Of a stretch of DNA of 12,647 bases, positions 6,870 to 12,647 are shown one piece after another (position 1 is the stretch's first letter; the number at the start of each line of letters is the position of its first letter). Source of the stretch: a virus (taxonomy: Duplodnaviria; Heunggongvirae; Uroviricota; Caudoviricetes); the IMG/VR virus record IMGVR_UViG_2671180422_000004. One strand, 5' to 3'. The position numbers and the translations under genes are program-made. The notes below the pieces were generated by a model that was given only the letters and a program-made list of their open reading frames with translations, was not told the origin of the DNA and did no database searches.

Positions 6870-9149
6870 TTACTCTGAATAACCAGAAAACCCACTCCAC
6901 TCATCTACACTAGGATATGAAAATTGCTTTTCATTGTAATTGACGATCGCACCGCGTACTAACGCCTCAAGCTCCCATCGCTGCGGCCTGATACCGTTTT
7001 GAGCAAGGTCAACACGGATACGGGTGATTTGCAATCGTTCAGACCGGGTCAGTCTGGCCGATGGTGCAATTTCATGTGGTTTTAACGGGCTTCCGTTTCT
7101 TTGCTGACGACCTGGCGTTCTCCGACCGTGTTTTAATGCACCCCTGAGCGCCCTCACGACCTCCGGGTCATTCCATTCGATAACACCGTCATCAACCAGA
7201 TTTAGCACTGCTGCGGCGTGCTCAGAAGGTGTGGGAGCCGGTAACGAAGTATCACCACCGGTGAGCTTTCCACAGTTATTGACAGGACTCCGAGGCGCGG
7301 CGATGCCGCTTTTTAAAGTCAAAGGCTCAACGACCGGAACTTTCGGCACAATGCGCCAGTCCGTCGTTCTGGTGATATGAATATGACGCGCGCCGAGATG
7401 CGGCGCGTAAATGCCGACCACTCTCTCGACTTCTTCCTCGTACTCGTTAACGTCATCCGACAGACTACGGGCGACCCTGACAGTCTGACAATCGCGCGGG
7501 ACATTTGCCCCGCCCTGCGCGCTGATATACAGCGCAAAATCACCACTGTCTGCGGCGGCGCGTGCAGCCTCGACGCGCTCGTCAAACTCATCAGCAATGC
7601 TGACGCCGCGAGGCAATTTGCGTAGTTCACGGTAAGCCCCCATTGTCGGCAGGCCAACCGTTTTAAATTGCGGAATGCGCCACGTTGACGCCCATGCGGT
7701 AACAGCCGCTGCAGTGTCTTTCAGCGGCCTGCCGGTGTCGTTATCGAGCTGACCATCCAGTGCATAGCCGTCGATGTTTTTTGAAATGTATTTCGCGATA
7801 TATCCCGCAGCACCGCCCCGGTTAAGGTGTTTTGCCTGAAAACGGTTTCGCGCGGCTCCTCTTTCGTCGCCATCCTCTTTGAGCGCATAGCGACGCATGA
7901 TTTCGATAATCTGGTTACGCTGGCGTGGATGACAAAAAAGCATCATATGCCAGTGCGGCGTTCCGTCGTGGTGTGGCTCGACGACTCGCAAACCGTAGAC
8001 CTGTAAATCATTATCCTTGAATGCCGTGCGCATCAGGCTCCAGATACGGCAGAGATAACGCTGCGCATCCTTTGGATTAAATGCCTCATCGTTCCAGCCG
8101 TGATTAAGCTGAACGGTTTTACTTTCGCCTTTTCCGACCTGACGTGTCGGGTGATACTTTGACGGCGCGGTCAGCGTGATAAACATCCCCACATCACCCT
8201 CTGCGGCGGCGTAACGCTCAATACCGGCAATGGTGTTCATCAGCTCCATCCGGCGAATTTCAGGATTAGAAATACTGCCCATCACCTTACTGATAAGGTC
8301 GATGCGCTCGCCGGTTTCCCTGTTTTCAAGGTCACACGATTTAAGAAATTCCAGATTTGCCTGGCGGCGCGCACGCACATCACGAATGGCGTGTTTACTG
8401 GCATAAGGAGAACGGTCTTTATTGACCTCCCCGACAGCTATCAGTAACGCCTCATGCCAGCGCATACGCTGGCCTTTAAGCTGATGAGTCCACCACTCAT
8501 CGTTAAACAGGCGGGCAATGGCAGAATATGCCTGCCTCGTGGTCATCTGTCCTTTACGGTATTTTTTCCAGTAGAGCGGGGAAATATTGAAAGCACGTGC
8601 AGCGCCAGCAACATGACCATACAGGTGAGCCTGCGCCTCATCCGTAAACAGCGATTCTTTTTCACCATGCGCATCAACCCATGCATCGCAGAGTTCCTCA
8701 TACATCATGAAAAGCTGCGATGAGATACGGGCGGCAAACTTTTTCAGCTCCTTGTCATTCATTCCCGGCAGGCGCGCATAGTGGTCACGCTCTGCCAGAA
8801 ACAGCAACGACGCGTCGGTGTTCATTTCATGGCGCTGATTCACACGCTCAATGCGCGGCCATAAACGACGCTGAAAAGTAGATGTGAGGAAATAAAACCC
8901 GTGCACCGGGCTTTTATTGCGCCGGATGTAGTCATAGCGTGAAGTAAACAGCGAGCGCAAAAAGTAAGGCAGGCGGTTAATCGTGGATAAAACACCTTGC
9001 ACCTGACGCATCTCGTCACGTGTAAGAGGTCTTTCGCGCCCGACAGCCTCGCGTGGCGCGTTCCATGCATAAGCACCGGTAAACGCCTTACCGGTGCCTG
9101 CGGTAAATGCTGACGGAGGGACAAAACGCCCGGAGGCTTTAACGGCCAT
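6870..9149 (-). CDS. A: Replication initiation protein A (rolling-circle initiator endonuclease), about 759 aa
   Basis: Translation from ATG 9149 starts MAVKASGRFVPPSAF..., which matches my recollection of the P2 gpA N-terminus and length (about 761 aa). The ORF-track start at 9191 is a TTG giving 14 extra residues, which I reject. The last ~25 codons use AT-rich codons unlike the rest of the gene. Confidence 0.9.
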   Translation of the reverse strand: MAVKASGRFVPPSAFTAGTGKAFTGAYAWNAPREAVGRERPLTRDEMRQVQGVLSTINRLPYFLRSLFTSRYDYIRRNKSPVHGFYFLTSTFQRRLWPRIERVNQRHEMNTDASLLFLAERDHYARLPGMNDKELKKFAARISSQLFMMYEELCDAWVDAHGEKESLFTDEAQAHLYGHVAGAARAFNISPLYWKKYRKGQMTTRQAYSAIARLFNDEWWTHQLKGQRMRWHEALLIAVGEVNKDRSPYASKHAIRDVRARRQANLEFLKSCDLENRETGERIDLISKVMGSISNPEIRRMELMNTIAGIERYAAAEGDVGMFITLTAPSKYHPTRQVGKGESKTVQLNHGWNDEAFNPKDAQRYLCRIWSLMRTAFKDNDLQVYGLRVVEPHHDGTPHWHMMLFCHPRQRNQIIEIMRRYALKEDGDERGAARNRFQAKHLNRGGAAGYIAKYISKNIDGYALDGQLDNDTGRPLKDTAAAVTAWASTWRIPQFKTVGLPTMGAYRELRKLPRGVSIADEFDERVEAARAAADSGDFALYISAQGGANVPRDCQTVRVARSLSDDVNEYEEEVERVVGIYAPHLGARHIHITRTTDWRIVPKVPVVEPLTLKSGIAAPRSPVNNCGKLTGGDTSLPAPTPSEHAAAVLNLVDDGVIEWNDPEVVRALRGALKHGRRTPGRQQRNGSPLKPHEIAPSARLTRSERLQITRIRVDLAQNGIRPQRWELEALVRGAIVNYNEKQFSYPSVDEWSGFSGYSE

Positions 9150-9414
9150 ATGAGCCAAAAGCCTCTGAACAACGCTTGCTGAGTTGCTCAACCTGCGCGT
9201 TTAAATCAGCAAAAGATTTTGCGCTTCCGGTCAGAATATCGTGATGCATCAGGCCGGAAACGAGCTGGCCTAATTTCGGGTAATAACCAACCACCGCCAG
9301 CCATTCCTGACCGGCGTTTTTACCGCTTTCCGCTCTCTTTTTCTCGTGGAGAATAAACTGAAAGCTGTCACTGGTAACGACATAACGTTCGCCAATTTCA
9401 ATACGAATACTCAT
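9139..9414 (-). CDS. Small early-operon protein, P2 orf83-like (91 aa)
   Basis: ORF in the position of P2 orf83 immediately upstream of A; its start overlaps the orf82 stop (ATGA-type coupling). Confidence 0.7.
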   Translation of the reverse strand: MSIRIEIGERYVVTSDSFQFILHEKKRAESGKNAGQEWLAVVGYYPKLGQLVSGLMHHDILTGSAKSFADLNAQVEQLSKRCSEAFGSYGR

Positions 9415-9635
9415 GCCGTTCTCCGGTAATGTTTGTTTTTTGCTTCAAAGACTGACTGACAGGAAACACAACGCGTGGCTGACGGATAAGCCGCACGACG
9501 GGCAGCAGGTATTGGCGCGTCACACTCTTCGCAAACCAGCGCAGAAACACCGCAATGTTTTACCCTTGCCGCGTTAATCTGGCGCTCCAGTAATTCAGCC
9601 TGTTGTTCCTGAATAAAATCCACGTTGTCCGGCAT
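9411..9635 (-). CDS. TraR/DksA-family C4 zinc-finger protein, P2 orf82-like (74 aa)
   Basis: CEEC ... CVSC four-cysteine arrangement in a 74-aa protein; position between the orf81-like and orf83-like ORFs; start overlaps the upstream stop. Confidence 0.8.
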   Translation of the reverse strand: MPDNVDFIQEQQAELLERQINAARVKHCGVSALVCEECDAPIPAARRAAYPSATRCVSCQSVFEAKNKHYRRTA

Positions 9636-9940
9636 TACCAGCTCCTTTTGTCGTTCAGCTTCTTAAATTCATCAGCGCAATAACTGGCGAGTTCTGTCGT
9701 TAATTTTGTCAGTTCATCCACTGAGGAAATTTGCTTGTGGAATACAGCGCGTTTAACAAGTAAATTGACCACATCAGACAGGAGGTTTAATTCACTCTGA
9801 TAAATCGCGATAACAGATTCAGTTATTTCGCGCTTCTCTTTATCAATACCAAGTTGAATAAGAGACAAATCACCATTTTTCATAACGGCGATTTTTAAGG
9901 CGTTATTCAGTAATACAACCGAACGAGAACAGGACATCAA
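9635..9940 (-). CDS. Small early-operon protein, P2 orf81-like (101 aa)
   Basis: ORF with start overlapping the orf80-like stop; position conserved in the P2 early operon between B and A. Confidence 0.7.
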   Translation of the reverse strand: MMSCSRSVVLLNNALKIAVMKNGDLSLIQLGIDKEKREITESVIAIYQSELNLLSDVVNLLVKRAVFHKQISSVDELTKLTTELASYCADEFKKLNDKRSW

Positions 9941-10161
9941 AGCACCTCCCCGCGAGACAATCCGATATTGTGAAATTTTTCCGACTCCTGACTGAGCAGC
10001 TCAACTATCTCCACGCGGGATAACTCCGCCTTTGTGATGTGGCGAATCATGGCGTCAAGATGAGAAGAAAAGCGCGTCGCAGCGTCGGCCTGTGCTTCGG
10101 TTCTGGCCTGTTGCAGCAGTAATGCGTATTTACCGCACTGATTTTCAGAAACTGTATGCAT
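9937..10161 (-). CDS. Small early-operon protein, P2 orf80-like (74 aa)
   Basis: ATG at 10161-10159 preceded by GGAG about 7 nt upstream; located immediately after B in the early operon. Confidence 0.7.
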   Translation of the reverse strand: MHTVSENQCGKYALLLQQARTEAQADAATRFSSHLDAMIRHITKAELSRVEIVELLSQESEKFHNIGLSRGEVL

Positions 10162-10224
10162 GACTTTCTCCAGGCAAAAAGAAGCCCCGCACGATTAAGT
10201 GCGTTAAAAACTCTGGTTAATTAT

Positions 10225-10725
10225 TTAATGCAGATATTGCTCTGGTTTTACCGACGTCAGAATTGTCGGTGCATACTCAAACAGACTGAATAATTCACGT
10301 AATGCACGGAATAAAGCATCACGCCAGTAACATGATTCTTCATTAATTCGCCAGTACGGCTGATTGAATTCTTTTTCTGTCAATCCCGCATGCATAAATA
10401 AAGTACGACGCTGACTGACTGTTAAAAAACTAATATATGCATACTCACTTGCGCCGACCTGACGGCGTTTTGAGAATGCGCCACGCAATTCATCAATTGC
10501 ACAAACCAGTCGTTCACGTTCGACGTCGTTCATTTCTTCAAAACGCATCGTTGCGTGACGCTGTTTTAACTGTGCATGAAAGCAAACCGTTAGCCGTTCG
10601 CGCTCCATCATCTGATTATAATAATCACATGTATCCTGCCAGCGAGGGACGGCAAGATGCTTGCCAATTATCCGGCGCATAGCTGCTGGCTGTTTTTCAA
10701 CGAGATTGAGCGTCATCACTGTCAT
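10225..10725 (-). CDS. B: Replication protein B (helicase-loader-like), 166 aa
   Basis: Translation from ATG 10725 starts MTVMTLNLVEKQPAAMRRIIGKHLAVPRWQDTCDYYNQMMERERL..., consistent with my recollection of P2 gpB (166 aa). GGAGGG SD is 7 nt upstream of this ATG and only 1 nt from the ORF-track ATG at 10731, so I take 10725 as the start. Confidence 0.85.
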   Translation of the reverse strand: MTVMTLNLVEKQPAAMRRIIGKHLAVPRWQDTCDYYNQMMERERLTVCFHAQLKQRHATMRFEEMNDVERERLVCAIDELRGAFSKRRQVGASEYAYISFLTVSQRRTLFMHAGLTEKEFNQPYWRINEESCYWRDALFRALRELFSLFEYAPTILTSVKPEQYLH

Positions 10726-10892
10726 TTCCATACCCTCCGGCTTTTCAGAAAGGTCAGAGCCTTTTTTAACGGACTCTGTTTTTTGGTGCGGATAATGATT
10801 CCCTTACGCCCCTTACCGTGGGTGATGGTGAAGTCAATCGCCCTGGGGCTTTCGTTACGCAATAACTGAGCAATACAACGCGGCTCATTCAT
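10722..10892 (-). CDS. Small protein, P2 orf78-like (56 aa)
   Basis: Sits between cox and B; ATG 10892 follows the cox stop (10895-10897) and its stop overlaps the B start. The longer ORF-track version (start 10919) would overlap cox. Confidence 0.55.
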   Translation of the reverse strand: MNEPRCIAQLLRNESPRAIDFTITHGKGRKGIIIRTKKQSPLKKALTFLKSRRVWK

Positions 10893-10894
10893 AA

Positions 10895-11182
10895 TCACAA
10901 CCCCATCCACAAAAGCCATGCATCACGCTGTTCAACCGGTCGGTTATAAAACGCCTCACGTACAGCGCGATTAAACTCAGGAATGAAAACCCATTTTTCA
11001 CCGGCACGAGCCTTCGGTTTGCAAGGATCACGCAATTCAATAATTGGTAATTTATTTGCCTTCACCATTTCACTGACGGCTGTCTTTGGCTTCCCTAATA
11101 AATCAGCAAATTTATCCACATGAACCGCATCAAGCGGATACTGAATCACATAATTTTCAGCGTCCATATATGGTACCCTCAT
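10895..11182 (-). CDS. cox: Cox-type excisionase / early repressor of the lysogenic promoter (90-95 aa)
   Basis: First gene of the early operon, divergent from C; size and basic character fit the P2 Cox family. Start is ambiguous: ATG 11182 (95 aa) or ATG 11167 (90 aa), the latter with GAGGG 8 nt upstream. Confidence 0.8.
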   Translation of the reverse strand: MRVPYMDAENYVIQYPLDAVHVDKFADLLGKPKTAVSEMVKANKLPIIELRDPCKPKARAGEKWVFIPEFNRAVREAFYNRPVEQRDAWLLWMGL

Positions 11183-11303
11183 AGGATCCAGCCCTTTCTA
11201 AACCACTCAAAACCGTTTAGATGCTGGTTTATTCTCAAATCAATGGAACCTATATAGGTTCCAGTTTTGAGGGAATTTAGTCCCTATATAGGCACCATGT
11301 CAA
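11183..11303. promoter_or_regulatory. Immunity switch region (Pe/Pc-type promoters and operators) between cox and C
   Basis: Intergenic region between the divergent cox and C genes. Contains the 18-bp perfect palindrome GGAACCTATATAGGTTCC (11245-11262) and a second copy of its core, CCTATATAGG (11283-11292), in AGTCCCTATATAGGCACC; both carry TATATA (-10-like) hexamers. Confidence 0.6.
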
Positions 11304-11597
11304 ATGAAATTAAGCGAAAAGATTAAGGCCTTGCGTGAGGCTGAAGGGCTAAGCCAATCAAAATTCTGTGAAATCATAGAGTTACCGCTAAGCACACTTA
11401 AAAAATATGAAGGAGGAAACTTTGAACCCGGTGGCACAGCTTTGCTAAAAATCACTATGCATCCCACATTCCAAAAATATGCTCTATGGCTTATGACAGA
11501 TAAAACCGCGCCGGACGCAGGACAAATCGCACCGGCTCTCGCGCACATTGGGCCAGAGTCAACAGAGTCCAACCACTCCGCGAAAAGGATTGGCTAA
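11304..11597 (+). CDS. C: Immunity repressor C (P2 C family, 97 aa)
   Basis: 97-aa product ending ...WLMTDKTAPDAGQIAPALAHIGPESTESNHSAKRIG; the C-terminal half closely resembles my recollection of P2 C (...QIAPESGQIAPALAHFGQ...), while the N-terminal DNA-binding part differs. Position between the switch region and int. Confidence 0.85.
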   Translation: MKLSEKIKALREAEGLSQSKFCEIIELPLSTLKKYEGGNFEPGGTALLKITMHPTFQKYALWLMTDKTAPDAGQIAPALAHIGPESTESNHSAKRIG

Positions 11598-11666
11598 CTC
11601 TATATAAAGATTACATTTTCACCATTTGCTACCAAGATGGTGAATACAGCGCCGGAGGGCTTTCTT

Positions 11667-12647
11667 ATGGCAATTAAGAAGCTCGATGATGGTCGCTATG
11701 AAGTGGACATTAGACCTCGCGGTCGCGACGGAAAACGCATCCGCAGGAAATTCGAAAGAAAAGCTGAAGCACTAGCATTTGAGCGATACACAATCGCCAA
11801 TGCCAGTCAGAAAGAATGGGGAGGCCAGCGAGCAGACCGCCGGACTTTGAGTGAGTTGCTGGACATCTGGTGGAAATATCACGGGCAAAACCACGAGCAT
11901 GGAACAAAAGAGTTTAATCATCTACTCAAAACCATCAGCGGCATAGGTGATATACCAGTGAGCAGGATGAGCAAAAGGGCTTTGATGGATTATCGTTCCA
12001 TGCGACTACGTGATGGTATCAGTGCCGCAACGATAAACCGTGACATGTACCGATTATCCGGCATGTTCACAAAATTAATTCAATTGGATGAATTTTCCGG
12101 GCAACACCCAATTCACGGACTGCCGCCACTGGCGGAGGCCAACCCTGAAATGACGTTCCTGGAAAAAGCAGAAATCGAAAAACTGTTAAATGTTTTGGCT
12201 GGTGATGACTTACTTGTCGCGCTTTTATGTCTGAGCACCGGAGGAAGATGGACGGAAGTTGCCACGCTAAAACCAGCACAGATTACAAATTGCAGGGTTA
12301 CCTTCCTGAAAACCAAAAACGGTAAAAAGCGAACCGTGCCGATTTCTGAGGAACTGGAGAAAAAAGTTAAAGAGGAGGCCAGCGCCAAATTATTCAAAGT
12401 TGATTATGAGAAATTTTGCGGGATTTTACGCAGAGTGAAACCTGATATACCACCCAATCAGGCAACCCACATCCTGCGGCATACATTCGCAAGCCATTTC
12501 ATGATGAATGGGGGCAATATAATCGCACTGCAACAGATTCTGGGACATGCGAGCATTCAGCAGACGATGGCCTATGCGCACCTTGCGCCTGACTATCTGC
12601 AAAATGCCGTCGCTCTGAATCCACTAAAAGGCGGAGTGACGTTATAA
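11667..12647 (+). CDS. int: Tyrosine integrase, P2 Int family (326 aa)
   Basis: Translation from ATG 11667 (GGAGGG SD 7 nt upstream) starts MAIKKLDDGRYEVDIRPRGRDGKRIRRKF... and contains the catalytic-domain signatures ...ATHILRHTFASHFMMNGGNIIALQQILGHASIQQTMAYAHLAPDYL (R, H-x-x-R, Y). TAA stop is the last 3 nt of the window. The ORF-track start at 11637 adds 10 residues, which I consider less likely. Confidence 0.9.
   Translation: MAIKKLDDGRYEVDIRPRGRDGKRIRRKFERKAEALAFERYTIANASQKEWGGQRADRRTLSELLDIWWKYHGQNHEHGTKEFNHLLKTISGIGDIPVSRMSKRALMDYRSMRLRDGISAATINRDMYRLSGMFTKLIQLDEFSGQHPIHGLPPLAEANPEMTFLEKAEIEKLLNVLAGDDLLVALLCLSTGGRWTEVATLKPAQITNCRVTFLKTKNGKKRTVPISEELEKKVKEEASAKLFKVDYEKFCGILRRVKPDIPPNQATHILRHTFASHFMMNGGNIIALQQILGHASIQQTMAYAHLAPDYLQNAVALNPLKGGVTL

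Larger units (their letters stand above)
1..12647. mobile_element. Defective P2-like prophage (partial; both att boundaries lie outside the window)
   Basis: Gene order ogr - D' | P' - Q - cos - cargo - A - orf83..orf80 - B - orf78 - cox - switch - C - int is the P2 map in reverse with an internal deletion. attL is expected just beyond int, past the right window edge. Confidence 0.8.

Noticed and set aside
7319-9172. ORFs 7319..7657(-), 7377..7625(+), 8454..8723(+), 8840..9172(-) within gene A
   Set aside because: Alternative-frame or antisense ORFs inside a long, confidently identified replication gene.
9150-9191. Upstream TTG start for gene A (773-aa version) and the upstream in-frame start for ogr (93-aa version, 1002..1064)
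   Set aside because: The ORF-track starts are non-ATG or unsupported extensions; the ATG starts giving MAVKASG... (A) and MFHCPLCQ... (Ogr) match the P2 proteins as I recall them.
10162-10224. Possible attenuator hairpin (CGCAC ... GTGCG) between B and the orf80-like gene
   Set aside because: Stem is only 5 bp with a weak U-tract; insufficient to call a terminator inside an operon that must read through to A.
10437-10869. Plus-strand ORFs 10437..10682 and 10657..10869 opposite B/orf78
   Set aside because: Antisense to the early operon; no RBS; no recognisable product.
11300-12397. Minus-strand ORFs 11300..11572, 11710..11907, 12067..12279, 12113..12397 opposite C and int
   Set aside because: Antisense to confidently identified repressor and integrase genes.
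1-12647. CRISPR arrays, tRNA/rRNA genes, IS elements
   Set aside because: No regularly spaced direct repeats with unique spacers, no tRNA-like cloverleaf candidates and no transposase-like ORFs or terminal inverted repeats were seen; the attachment site (often within a tRNA or sRNA 3' end) must lie outside the window.

Overview
This window is a P2-family (Peduovirus-like) prophage of an enterobacterium, read in reverse relative to the usual P2 map, and it is defective. It keeps the lysogeny/replication module (int, C, cox, orf78, B, orf80-83, A), the cos site, portal gene Q, and ogr. Truncated terminase gene P is joined directly to truncated tail gene D, so essentially all morphogenesis and lysis genes between them are missing. 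The main item of interest is an AT-rich single-gene insertion (4147..6630, 827 aa) between cos/Q and gene A, the position occupied by tin/old in P2 and a known defence hotspot. It encodes an SF2 DExH-type helicase core fused to a C-terminal PD-(D/E)xK nuclease-like domain, and I propose it as a candidate single-protein anti-phage or exclusion factor. A second AT-rich ORF of unknown function (1..642) lies beyond ogr. All homology statements rest on reading the translations and on my recollection of P2 proteins; no database search was run.
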